A stretch of 64,000 bases of DNA, taken from positions 672,001 to 736,000 of the forward strand of contig JBGASG010000001.1 of the NCBI GenBank assembly GCA_044229845.1, read 5' to 3'. The notes beneath the pieces are model-generated. The model saw only the letters and a list, made by a program, of their open reading frames with translations, did no database searches and had not been told where the DNA came from. The DNA is from Candidatus Obscuribacteraceae bacterium (GTDB lineage: Bacteria > Cyanobacteriota > Vampirovibrionia > Obscuribacterales > Obscuribacteraceae). A program made the position numbers and the translations under genes. Numbering within the stretch: the first letter of the stretch is position 1; each line of letters begins with the position of its first letter. Of this stretch, positions 1-10,900 are shown piece after piece.

Positions 1-5
1 AAGTC

Positions 6-551
6 TCAGGTGGTAGCCTGTTGGGCAGCGGCCAACCGATAGTTGGCGGCATATCCGACATAGTTTCGCCAGCCTCGCGCGATGCGCTCTCTGTCCTCGG
101 GGCGCACGGGACGTACGACTTTGCCGGGCACACCCATGACGATGCTGTTAGCCGGAATGCGGGTGTTAGGCGCCACAACTGAGCCGGCGGCGATCAGGCA
201 GTTTTCTTCCAGGTGAGCGCCGTCCAGAACAATGGCTCCCATGGCTATCAGGCAGTTCGGTTCGACGTGACAGCCATGCAAAATGACGCCGTGCCCGACG
301 GTGACGTTGTCTTCGATGATTAAAGGATGGCGGTTGGTGACGTGAAGCAGGCACCCGTCTTGAATATTGCTATTCAGTCCGATCTCTATCCTATTAATGT
401 CGGCGCGGACGACCGTATGAAACCAGACGCTGCTGTTGGTCGCCATGGTCACCTGTCCGATCAGGACAGCGGTCGGGGCGACGAAGCAAGAAGGGTCAAT
501 CTGTGGGGTTTTCCCGTCGTAGGAGTAGACGGGGTAGCCCTGGGGAGGCAT
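6..551 (-). CDS. Gamma carbonic anhydrase family protein (YrdA/CaiE-like, left-handed beta-helix)
   Basis: Hexapeptide repeats and motifs VRADINRI, NIQDGCLLH, VTVGHGVILHGC. Start placed at ATG 549-551 (MPPQGY); the ORF track extends it to 674. Confidence 0.9.
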   Translation of the reverse strand: MPPQGYPVYSYDGKTPQIDPSCFVAPTAVLIGQVTMATNSSVWFHTVVRADINRIEIGLNSNIQDGCLLHVTNRHPLIIEDNVTVGHGVILHGCHVEPNCLIAMGAIVLDGAHLEENCLIAAGSVVAPNTRIPANSIVMGVPGKVVRPVRPEDRERIARGWRNYVGYAANYRLAAAQQATT

Positions 552-709
552 TGGGTTATTCACGGGCGGTTGTAATGTTTTGAAAACCCGCGTAGTAGGG
601 CCAGCGGGCAGATTAGAGCGAACTGAGATTTTACTCTCTTCTAAACAGGGGGCTTTGGCTTTAGTGATTGCCAAGATGTTAAAATTAACTCCCGTGGGGA
701 GGTACTTGC

Positions 710-1036
710 ATGACTGCTTATTACGACCAGCCTCTACGGAAGCTGTTGGGAACCCTGTCGCCTACAATTAACTGGCTCACGGCCGAAGGGTGTGTGGATG
801 TAAGCCGCGTACCCGCCGAACATCTTGACGCTATCAAACAGCTCGAGCGCATTGGCGTTGTCCACAAGCGCAACAATCGTCTCTACGAACTCCAGAAAGT
901 TCGTCTCAAAAAGCTCATGGACTCTATGGGTATGGAAAAGCTGGTACCGCTTGCTGCGGCCGCCGCAACCATCGAAACTCCGGTCGCCAGCCTGGAAAAA
1001 GCAACCGCACCGGCTGACCCAACCGCCATCAATTAG
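710..1036 (+). CDS. Small hypothetical protein, possibly winged-helix-like
   Basis: 108-aa ORF with GGGAGG SD upstream; the fold is only guessed from IKQLERIGVVHKRNNRLYEL. Confidence 0.7.
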   Translation: MTAYYDQPLRKLLGTLSPTINWLTAEGCVDVSRVPAEHLDAIKQLERIGVVHKRNNRLYELQKVRLKKLMDSMGMEKLVPLAAAAATIETPVASLEKATAPADPTAIN

Positions 1037-1139
1037 TTAGAAGACGTAGACCAGCTCGTAAAGTATGTTCGCCTGGGCACCTGATGCTGATGACGCATCA
1101 GACGCCTGTAGTCGGCGGCCAGAACAACACGAGTGGTAT

Positions 1140-3572
1140 ATGAACGTGTCTTTGTCCATCTCCATAGCTAGCCGCACCAGCAAATCTCTTGAGTGGGATC
1201 GCCTGAAAGCGTTTCTCATTCGAGAGGCTAACAGTGTTCCCAGCAAAGAACTCTGCGAACAACTGCAACTTCACGATCAGTTGGAAGTGGTCGACATCTT
1301 GCAGGCAGAAACGGCTGAAGCATTGGCCATGCTGTCGGGTGGTTTCAGTGTCGCGCAAATCGGCTTGCCCGATCTGCGCGACATCATCGCGCGTCTTGGC
1401 GCCGGTGGACAGATGTCACCGGCGGAACTGTTCGACATCGGCAAGACGCTCACACTCTCTCGCCAGACCAAAATCACCCTAAATGGCCTTTCGAAAGAAG
1501 ACTTTCCGCAGCTCACATCATACTTGCCGCGCGTGCATGTGCTCGATGAGTTGATGCAGTCCATTGCCGATGTGATTGCCGAAGACGGCACCATCCGCGA
1601 TGACGCCAGCGCCGCTCTCCACAAACTGCGCAAAGACGTGGTGCGGCTGACCAATCAAATCAAAGATGAACTGACCAAAGTCATCAATTCATCCACGCTG
1701 TCCAAGGCGCTTCAAGAGCCTATTTACACCCAGAGAAACGGGCGCTGGGTGTTGCCAGTCAATGCCAGCATGCGTCAGACCATTGGCGGCCTCGTACACG
1801 ACAGCTCCGCTTCCGGTTTGACTGTCTACGTCGAACCGTTTGCTGTGGTGGAGATCACCAACAAGATTCGTCTGCGTGAAGCTGAAATCGAGCGTGAAAT
1901 AGACCGGCTGCTGAGCGCGTTGACTTTGCAAACGCAACAAAAACTAGATCCGATTGCGCAGTCTTTCCAGACGCTCGTGGAGCTTGATTTTATTGGCGCC
2001 AGAGCATCATTGGCTCGCAAATACAGGGGAACGCGTCCGGAGCTGTCCAGCCAGCCAGTATTGAACTTGAAGGCGGCCCGTCATCCCTTGCTGATTCTTC
2101 AGGATCTCAATCGCGCATCGCAGGTAGTGCCCAACGACGTAGCGTTAGGCGGTTCCGTTCGGACTCTGGTAATCACAGGACCCAACACCGGCGGCAAGAC
2201 TGTTTACTTGAAGACGGCTGGTCTGCTTGCGTTGATGGTTCGAGGTGGTTTGCTGTTGCCGGCTGATGCAGGTTCGACAGCCGGAATCTTCAGTCAGGTT
2301 TTTGCAGATATCGGGGACGAGCAGTCACTTGAACAAAGTCTTTCTACCTTCTCCTCGCATATGACCAACATCGTCGAGGTGATCAACCGCGCCGGCCCAT
2401 CCACGTTGGTCCTTTTGGACGAAGTCGGAGCCGGCACCGATCCCCGTGAGGGATCGACGCTGGCTCGCGTGATTCTCGACCACCTTAACGAATGTGGGGC
2501 GGCAACTATTGCCACCACTCACTACGGAGAATTGAAGAGCCTTGCCTATACGGCCCCTGGTTTTATGAACGCCAGTCTGGATTTTGACGACAAGACTCTC
2601 TCACCGACCTATCGTCTGCGTCTGGGTGTGCCGGGCAGCTCGAAAGCGATGACGATCGCATCGCGCCTCGGACTCAAACAAGACCTGGTCGAACGGGCCA
2701 ATGAAATGTTGTCCTCTGAGGAAGACGACGTTGCCGAAGTGATCGGGCAATTGCAAGCCAGACTACAGGCCTTGAGTGTCGAAGAAGAGGATCTGGCTCG
2801 GCGCATCGCCGAGTCGCGTGAAATGGAAGCGAAGGCTTTGCGCGATCTGGAAGAGATTACTCAGGAAAAAGAAAAGAGCCGTCTGCGTTTTGCCAGTCAG
2901 TTAGAGACCGACTACAAGCAAGCGCGAGACCAGCTGCGGGCTTTAATTGCGGAGTTGCAGAAAAATCCCGACATGGCGCGCGCGCAGAAAGCGCGTACCG
3001 ACATAGAAAAGATTCGCAACGACTTGGGTTGGAAATCCGAGAGCGATTTGTCTTCTCTGTCCGAAGTGAAGGTCGGGCAGAGAGTGTCCATCAAATCCTT
3101 GAATCAGCGTGGCGTCGTTGAGGCGGTGCTGGAAGACGGCGGCAAAGAGCTGGTGGTGGCAGTGCGCGCCGGTAACCTGCGCATCAAAGTATCTCTGTCA
3201 GATCTGATTCTTGATTCAAATCAAGCATCTGCCGCTCCTTCTAAAAAGCATGCACAACTGCCGCCCAAAGGCAGGCAGAAAAAGACCGATCTGGCTCGCG
3301 AAGAGCGCGCTGTGGAGGTGTTTGTTCGCACAGCCGGCAATACTCTCGATCTGCGCGGGCAGCGCGTCGATGAAGCTATGGGTAAGCTGGAGCGCTTTGT
3401 CGATTCGAATTTTGCATCGCACACTTCACCTTTGATGATCATTCACGGACATGGAACCGGCGCAATCAAATCGGCTGTGCGAGCCTTTCTTAGCCGCGGA
3501 GATTATCGTTTGCAGTTTCGTCCCGGTGAGCTTTATGAGGGCGGCGACGGCGTGACTGTCGTGACATTCTGA
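1140..3572 (+). CDS. mutS2: Endonuclease MutS2 (MutS2/RqcU family)
   Basis: LEWDRLK N-terminus, Walker A ITGPNTGGKT, DIGDEQSLEQSLSTFSSHM, LLDEVGAGTDPREG, C-terminal Smr domain (LDLRGQR, IIHGHGTG, GGDGVT). Start uncertain (ATG 1140 vs 1065). Confidence 0.96.
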   Translation: MNVSLSISIASRTSKSLEWDRLKAFLIREANSVPSKELCEQLQLHDQLEVVDILQAETAEALAMLSGGFSVAQIGLPDLRDIIARLGAGGQMSPAELFDIGKTLTLSRQTKITLNGLSKEDFPQLTSYLPRVHVLDELMQSIADVIAEDGTIRDDASAALHKLRKDVVRLTNQIKDELTKVINSSTLSKALQEPIYTQRNGRWVLPVNASMRQTIGGLVHDSSASGLTVYVEPFAVVEITNKIRLREAEIEREIDRLLSALTLQTQQKLDPIAQSFQTLVELDFIGARASLARKYRGTRPELSSQPVLNLKAARHPLLILQDLNRASQVVPNDVALGGSVRTLVITGPNTGGKTVYLKTAGLLALMVRGGLLLPADAGSTAGIFSQVFADIGDEQSLEQSLSTFSSHMTNIVEVINRAGPSTLVLLDEVGAGTDPREGSTLARVILDHLNECGAATIATTHYGELKSLAYTAPGFMNASLDFDDKTLSPTYRLRLGVPGSSKAMTIASRLGLKQDLVERANEMLSSEEDDVAEVIGQLQARLQALSVEEEDLARRIAESREMEAKALRDLEEITQEKEKSRLRFASQLETDYKQARDQLRALIAELQKNPDMARAQKARTDIEKIRNDLGWKSESDLSSLSEVKVGQRVSIKSLNQRGVVEAVLEDGGKELVVAVRAGNLRIKVSLSDLILDSNQASAAPSKKHAQLPPKGRQKKTDLAREERAVEVFVRTAGNTLDLRGQRVDEAMGKLERFVDSNFASHTSPLMIIHGHGTGAIKSAVRAFLSRGDYRLQFRPGELYEGGDGVTVVTF

Positions 3573-3726
3573 ACTGCCTTTTTTTTGACCAGGGTGCGCG
3601 GCAAGGCTCGTCCTTCAGGGCGAGGAAGAAGTAGAAAATGCCAATCAGGCTGTCCTTTCGATGCTGTCAGCCGGAATGAACAACGCCATTCTCACCGCCA
3701 CTGTCGTGTAGATGGCAGAGTCAGCC

Positions 3727-6700
3727 TTAACGTCCTGCTTGTTGCTTCAAGGCATCTTGTCCGCGGCGCATTTGAATTTCGATGGCGGCCTTGGCCTGGG
3801 CTTGTGCCTCAGACATCTTCGGATTGAGGCGGCGATAGGCGTCGGCCAGTTTTTGTGGATCCTGGGCAGCTGCTTGCGCCGCCAGCAGGTCCTGCGAGAT
3901 CGAAAATTCGGTGCCGGCTTTGATCACCTCAGATGCAGTGGTGCGACTGAAGGAATAGACGGCGGCAGCTTCCTGGCTGGACAGTATCGGGTTGAGTCCG
4001 GAGATCCTCGAGAGACCGATACGCGGACCGGCTGTCAGAGCTGGTGCCACCAGTCCGGAGACCACTGCGGATTGAGCGCCTGACGTGAATACTTTTTTGG
4101 TACCGTCTACGATACCATCGACTTTGGTTTCGCCGTCGGCAATCTTCAACGTTTCATGACCGGCGCCTACCGCAAATGCCGTTTGCACTGTGCGATAGTA
4201 CTGCATGGCTTGCAGGTTGTGTCGAATGGCGAGGATCTGCGCGGCATCGGCGGCCGCTATGTTGGCTTCCGTTACCAGTGGGTTGGTGCCCAGGAAATTG
4301 GAACGGGTAGCCAGAGCTGCGGCAGTTTCTTTGACTGTATTTTGTGCTTGCACTTTCCATGGGGCCGGCGTGGTCAGCGCTGCTTCGCCGCCGAGGGCCG
4401 CGATGCGTGCCTCCGTCGCCTTGGCTAGAGTGGCATGACTCCATTCGCCGAGCAAGCTCTTGTAAGCGGCGTGTCCGCCCAGTCCGACTCCGCCGCCGCG
4501 CGCCCAGGCGCCCGGATCTTTGAACGGTCCGTCCAGTTTTTCGTCTTCTAAGTAGTCGCTGACGCCGGCTGCCATCAGAGCAGCGGCGGCGATCTTCAAA
4601 GGCGCCGGCAATGCTTTGCCACCATACTTGAGCAGACCAAGTCCGTAGTGAGTGGCACCATATGCCGCGAGCGAACCGCCGTCGCGCAATAGCCCGTTGC
4701 CGGCCGCTTGTCCCGGCGCAGCTGCTGCTGCAACGCGCAAATGTGTCGTCGCCGGATCCAGTGCCAGGCTGTCGGCTAATTGTACGGTTGCCGCACTTTG
4801 TGCTTCCAGGCGTCCGGAGAAGACCCGGCCGTCGGTGAAGCCAGCCAATCCACGAGCTGCCAGTCCGTTGCCGACCACATAATTGCCGGCAAAACCCAGC
4901 GCCGGTAGCGGCGCCGAAGCGGTGTGCACTTGCGCGTCGGCTGCGGTCACTATTTTGTCTGCCATGCCGGCGTCGGCTGCCGAAGTCAGGTATTGAGCGG
5001 CCCCAGGATCTTGTGCGGAAGCAGAGATCAACTCTAAAGCTTTCTGATGATCCTGGGCTTTGGGCGACAGTACCAGGACACGAGCCTGATAGCCTTGCAC
5101 GATCGCGGCCGCGTGAGAGAGTTGGTCGAGATTTTTGGTGGCGGTCATGAACATGTCTACGAGACCGGCATTGCGCGCTCTTACAATGCGCTCTTGTTCG
5201 GTCTGCGTGCTTGGACCTTCTTTGCCTGCAAGGAAGTCTTGCTTGGCTTTGCGGGCAGCCATCAGGGCAGTCACCGTCGGGTCATTTGGAACGCGGGTTT
5301 CGGCTTGTGCATTGAGCGCCTGCAGCTCTTTCTGATACTGCTGGTTGCGTTCGACCTTGGGGACGTACTTGTCGTTCAGTTGCTTCAGATATGTATTGCG
5401 TTGCGCGCTGTTGGGCTGAGTGATGCTGACGACGGTTTGCAATTCACGCTGAAACTCGGGATCGGCTTTCAGATATTTGGCCTGCAACTGATCCTTGTCG
5501 CTTTGTGTTTGTCTTTCCCAGTTGGTCATGGCTTCTTTGCCAGCCGGTGTCAGGGCGGCTTCTGCTTTGGCGACCTCGGCGTTGAGCGCAGTCAGTCGCT
5601 GCGTGATGGCAGGCTGATCGGCTTTGGGCACCATTGCATCGAGACGCAGTTGATGTATCTGTCTTTGGGCATCCACAGCTTCAGCCAGTTTGTCGGGAGG
5701 AAACTTGCTGAGGATGCCGTTTGCCTGTCCAAAGAAGGCGCGCACTTGTGGTGGCACGTCTTTCAGCGGTCCTTGCTTTTGCAGGGCTTGCACTTCGGCA
5801 AAGGCATTGGCACTGCCTTGCATAGCCTTCTCAAGGTCGCTCAGTCCCTGCACCTTGGCCGCCAGTTGCGGCGGAATCTCAACCTTCACTTCGGGCGCGG
5901 TGGTCGGCACGTCGGTGCGTCGCTCGGTACCGGTGTCGGTGCCTGGATTGGGCACGATCGGTGGTTTGTCCTTGTCTGTACCTGTTACAGGAGGCGCTGC
6001 CTGTGCTCGTTCAAGTTCGGCAATTTTTCTCCTGGTCGCTTCGATCGCCTGTTGTTTCTCATAAAACATTCGAGTGGCGGGCGAGTTTTTGATTTGCTCC
6101 TGCACTGCGCCAATCTGTACTTTGGTGTTGAGCATCTGCCCGAATGCCGAGTTGATCTCAGCGAACTTCGGATGCGACTTGATCAGCTGAGCTGTCGCTG
6201 TCAGGTTAGGATCTCTGGTGGAGAGCAAGTTGCGATAATCCTGCACTGTCTGGCAGTTGTCCCACATATATCCAAGGGCGCGCTGCTGATCGGGAGTGCC
6301 GGCTCTTCCCAGGTTGGTGATCTGATCGGCGAGAGCTTTTTTCTGGTTTTCCAGTCGCTGCAAGTCGAGTGAGTACTTATTGAGCGGATTGCGCGGATCG
6401 CGTCTCGCTGCTTCCATCTGCAAGGAGACATCTTTTTCTTGTTGCGTCAGCTGCGCTTTCAGCCTGGCCAGTTCAGTCGCCGGTGCCGGAGCAGGCGGAT
6501 CGACCTTGCCGCCGCCGGGAGGCAAGATGGGATTAGGGACGTCTCTGGGAGGCAGGAAAGGACCAGGCCGTGGACCGATGACTCGGCCGTCGCGAGGCGG
6601 TGGCACCACGTCGGTGCGTGGCGGCACGACCGGATTGGTTCCATCTATATAAGGAGTGGCGTTTATCGCGCGCACGATGGCATCACGATGTTTCAAGAAA

Positions 6701-7410
6701 TTTGGATCGGCTGCTACACGCGGCGGATCGCCGAGCATCCAGGGGTCGTGAGCGGCAGCCACCTGCAGCATCTTGTTGCCCTGCTCGGTCTGCTGATCCC
6801 GCTGCTCTCTCGGCAGGTACACGGAAGTGCGAATCAGAGCCAATCCGAAGTTGGCATTGGCATAGCCGTTGGCGCGCAAAACGTCGCCGAGCATGGCGTA
6901 TTCCTGAGATAGCCTCTGGTATTCGGCTGGATTGCGCGTGCGCGTGGCCGTCATTTCTTGCTGTAGCCGCTGCCGTTCTTGTTCGGTTGCTCTATAAAAC
7001 TGATTGGGCGTCATGCGGCCGTTGGCGTCGGTGTCATAGAGCATCGTCGATGCTTGTTTGATGGCCTGGAAGTAAGCCTGCTTTGCTTGATCGAAGGTCT
7101 GATCGTATTCGCGCGTGCCTGGCCCATAGCCTTGTTTCGCCATCGCATGCAAAGCTTTCATCTGATCTCTGCCGTTTTCCAGTGACGAGATCACACCGGA
7201 GAGCCGCTGCTGTGCATGTCGGCGGAACTCCACTCTCTCTGGCTGCTCGTACTGACCTGATGTGCGTCGAACGGCGTCCTCTGCGGAGCCGGGAGTGCGG
7301 TAGCGATCGAGCCGATCGCGCGTCGCGGTCGTGGCTTGATCGTCGCCGTACGAAACTTCGTCGACGCGCTGAGGCTCGCGAGCCTCTCGCTGCGTTTTAT
7401 CCATATTCAT
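3727..7410 (-). CDS. Giant orphan protein A1 (1227 aa), paralog of 7953..12872; helical body, Pro-rich linkers, Gly/Ala-rich hydrophobic C-terminus
   Basis: Long ORF sharing blocks with A2: AMLGDVLRANGYA[N/H]ANFGLAL, DPNF[L/M]KHRDAI, QPNS, ATK[N/D]LD[Q/A]L[S/E]HAAA, DGP..DPG..AR.G.VGLGGH.AY. Confidence 0.9.
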   Translation of the reverse strand: MNMDKTQREAREPQRVDEVSYGDDQATTATRDRLDRYRTPGSAEDAVRRTSGQYEQPERVEFRRHAQQRLSGVISSLENGRDQMKALHAMAKQGYGPGTREYDQTFDQAKQAYFQAIKQASTMLYDTDANGRMTPNQFYRATEQERQRLQQEMTATRTRNPAEYQRLSQEYAMLGDVLRANGYANANFGLALIRTSVYLPREQRDQQTEQGNKMLQVAAAHDPWMLGDPPRVAADPNFLKHRDAIVRAINATPYIDGTNPVVPPRTDVVPPPRDGRVIGPRPGPFLPPRDVPNPILPPGGGKVDPPAPAPATELARLKAQLTQQEKDVSLQMEAARRDPRNPLNKYSLDLQRLENQKKALADQITNLGRAGTPDQQRALGYMWDNCQTVQDYRNLLSTRDPNLTATAQLIKSHPKFAEINSAFGQMLNTKVQIGAVQEQIKNSPATRMFYEKQQAIEATRRKIAELERAQAAPPVTGTDKDKPPIVPNPGTDTGTERRTDVPTTAPEVKVEIPPQLAAKVQGLSDLEKAMQGSANAFAEVQALQKQGPLKDVPPQVRAFFGQANGILSKFPPDKLAEAVDAQRQIHQLRLDAMVPKADQPAITQRLTALNAEVAKAEAALTPAGKEAMTNWERQTQSDKDQLQAKYLKADPEFQRELQTVVSITQPNSAQRNTYLKQLNDKYVPKVERNQQYQKELQALNAQAETRVPNDPTVTALMAARKAKQDFLAGKEGPSTQTEQERIVRARNAGLVDMFMTATKNLDQLSHAAAIVQGYQARVLVLSPKAQDHQKALELISASAQDPGAAQYLTSAADAGMADKIVTAADAQVHTASAPLPALGFAGNYVVGNGLAARGLAGFTDGRVFSGRLEAQSAATVQLADSLALDPATTHLRVAAAAAPGQAAGNGLLRDGGSLAAYGATHYGLGLLKYGGKALPAPLKIAAAALMAAGVSDYLEDEKLDGPFKDPGAWARGGGVGLGGHAAYKSLLGEWSHATLAKATEARIAALGGEAALTTPAPWKVQAQNTVKETAAALATRSNFLGTNPLVTEANIAAADAAQILAIRHNLQAMQYYRTVQTAFAVGAGHETLKIADGETKVDGIVDGTKKVFTSGAQSAVVSGLVAPALTAGPRIGLSRISGLNPILSSQEAAAVYSFSRTTASEVIKAGTEFSISQDLLAAQAAAQDPQKLADAYRRLNPKMSEAQAQAKAAIEIQMRRGQDALKQQAGR

Positions 7411-7952
7411 GACCCTAAGGAAAAAGTGCCCTAATCTTTCAGTGATCTGATGTCAAGAAATGCCATCCGCCTGGCGATCATCCAAACACCGTCCTGCCTG
7501 CTGACGATTGTTGATTTGAATTGTGGAATTTGCGTGGCAATGCGATGGGAGAAATACCCCTGGCCCGGCTTTCAGGATTTAATCCGGGTGACTTCCAGCG
7601 CTGGAACGCCTCATGCCATGGGCTCGCGCAGCCTTCAAAGCGATTGAATTTCTTGCGATCCGGGCATTAATTTCTGGGGCTGAAGCCATTTTTTGCTGCA
7701 GTTAGTCGACTGGAACACGTATTTCTCCCACGAAAATTTCAAATTTCTCTGGCAGATTGTGTCCAAAATCGACCCAGTGCCGATACACCCGGTAGAAACA
7801 GCCGCAAAATCTGCTTTGAAACTGCGCTCTCGTTGATTAAAATTTGCCCGGCCCATGGGCGATCTACGTAATTTCCACACAGACGAGCACGGTCCTCATA
7901 GCTAAGCTAACAGAGCGGGAAAAGGGACACACGGAGAGGAAAGCAACAGACC

Positions 7953-10900
7953 ATGAGTGATAATCCCGAACAAGGCAAGGCAAAACCAGGTCAGGGTACG
8001 GAAGTTGAACGTACTTCCGGGACTACTGGCGATGGCGCCACCACCGACCCGCTGGATCAATATCGCTATACCGGCTCGCCTGAAGAGGTGGGACGCACAG
8101 GTGGTGCCGACGCCGCGGAGCGTCAGCAGTTTCGTCGCGAAGCGCACGACAAACTGAACCCGATCATCACCTCTCTGGAATCAGGCCGCAACAACATGCA
8201 GGCCCTGCACGAACTGGCCGCCGCCGGTCAGGGACCCGGCACCAAAGCTTACGATGACGCATTCAAGGCCGCCAAAGGCGCCTACTTCCAGGCGATCGAT
8301 CAAGCCTCGAAGATGCTTTATGACACCGATGCCGAAGGTCGTCTTACTCCCAACAAGTTTTACAAGGACGTAGAAGCCGAGCGCGTTCGCTTGCAAGCCG
8401 ACATGGCTGCTGCGAAAGACAAGAACCCGGCAGAATACCAGCGTCTGGCACAAGAAAACGCCATGCTCGGTGATGTCCTGCGCGCCAATGGGTATGCGCA
8501 TGCCAACTTCGGTCTGGCACTCGTGCGCAGCTCCGTGTACCTGCCGAAGGCAGAGCGCGACAAACAGATGGAACAGGGCAACCAGATGTTGATGCTGGCT
8601 TCCCGCTACGACAAATACATGATGGGCGATCCGCCGAACGTTCCGCCGGATCCCAACTTCATGAAACACCGCGATGCGATCATGAAGGTCGTCAACGAGA
8701 CCCCCTATAAGGATGGGGGCACCAGACCGGGCGGCGACACACCGCCACCAACTGCGACCGTTCCCGATCGTATTCAGTCGACCAATCAACAAGCCAATAC
8801 AGTGGATATCTTCACCAAGAATCCCGATGGCAGCTATACGCACACGCAATTCAAGCCGTTGCCGGCCGGACAGCAAGGTCCGCCCACACCAACGCTCAAC
8901 GAGAAAGTGACAGACGTCAAAGCCAATGCTGACGGTACCTTCTCTTATAAGAATCCGAAGGGCGAAGTGGTGTCGATGAAACCAGACCAGCCGCTCACTC
9001 CGGCACCGGGACCCGGCACGCAAACCACAGGCGAACTGCCTCAGGGTTACAAACTGCGCACCGCCGGTTCGCAATCATTTATAGACGGTCAAGACATCAG
9101 CGTTCCCACCGGCAAAACGGTGCTGAAGCTGGATGGACAGACTGCCGATCCCAACGATCCGTTGGCGATCGCCCAGACTGGTGATCTTGATAAAGCCATT
9201 GCGGCAGCCGATGCACTGGACAAAGTGCCGCTGATCACGCAAATCACAGCGTTGAAAGGACAACTCGGTCCTCTGCAAGCCTCGCTCAAGCAAGCGATGG
9301 ATGCCGCCAAAGCCGATCCGAAGAATCCACTCAACAAGTATGTCAACGACTCCGAGCGCATCAACGGCGAACAAACCGCGTTGCGCACCAAGATGGCCGA
9401 CCTGGTCAAATCAGGTTTGCCGACGGACGGCACGGCACCCACGCAACAACAGCAACAACAGCAACAAGCGCTGGCCTGGATGTGGGCGAACGTCAATACG
9501 ACTGCCGACCTGCAAAAGTTCTTGACCGCCACCACGCCTCCTGAACTGAAGGCGATGGCTGATGCAGCCAAGAGCCATGCGAAGTGGGCCGAGATCAACT
9601 CCAGCTTCGGTCAGTTCCTCAACAACAAGACCGCTCTTGGCGCTCTCGAAGACGGATTGAAGAACAATCCCGCCACCAAGGACTTCTACGACAAGAAGAT
9701 GCAGTTGATTCAGGGAACGCAACAGCTCAACTACCTGACACAACTCTACATCTCGCCGATCACACTGCGTGAAGCCAGAGTCGATCAATTGACTGCGGAT
9801 CCGGAAGTGCAAGCGCTGATCAAGGCGCAAGACAAAGCCAACTTCCCGCAGAAAGACGATCCGGAAGTGAAAGCGATTCGCCAGCGTGTCAACGAACTGA
9901 TCAACATGCAAGCGAAGCCCGAGCAGGGATTGCTCGATCTGCAAAAAGCTCTCGGCGATGCCAGTACATCGACCGTGCCACCGCAAACCGACAACACCGG
10001 CGGCGCTCAACCAGACCGCCTCGTCAGCACCTCGGCGGACAAGACTACCCAGGATGTCTTCACCAAGAATCCCGATGGCACATACACGCACCAACAACTG
10101 AAGCTGCTTCCGGCCGGACAACAGGGAGCACCACAAGTGCTTGGTACCGAAAAGGTCACCGAAGTCAAAGTCAATCCGGATGGAACCTTCAGCTTCAAGC
10201 GTCCAAGCGGCGAAGTCGGCACACTGAAGTCCGATGCACCGGCGACCGTGCCACCGACCACGACACCGGACATCGATCCGGCAACCGGCAAACCGCGCGA
10301 AGTAAATCGTACCGGTGACGTCACCAACTTGCCACCAGATGTGGCGGCAAAGATCAAAGATCTGCCGAACGTCGAAAAAGCGTTCAGCGGCGCTGCAATT
10401 GCATTCTCCGAAGTGGCGGCTCTCCAGAGATTTGCCACCGAAGTAAAACTGCTGCGTGAATTCGATGCCAAAGTGAAAGCGATGCCCGAAGCGGATCGCA
10501 CACCAGAGAACATCGCCAAGCTGCAACGCGAAGTGATGAAGCAAGACGAATTCATGTCGGTCATGTATGGACCGGATGCCGGGCCGCAAGGCAACCCGCC
10601 CGGACGCCCCGACCTGTATAAACAGATCGATCAGGCGATTGCCGAATCGCAACAACGCAACTTCAGCACCAGCCCATATCTGGCGCAGAAGTACGTGCAA
10701 GCACCGGATCCGAATGATGCCAGCAAGACTGTCAACCCGAGACCCAACCTGGCTAACGAAGTCAAACTCGATCCGACAGGCAAGTATCTGGCTGAAATCC
10801 CGGCCGATGTGCGCAAGTTCTTCGACGAAGCCAACAAAGTGCTCGCCGACAACAAGGACATTCCGGGATCGGTGGCAGCACAACGCGCTGTGTACAAACA

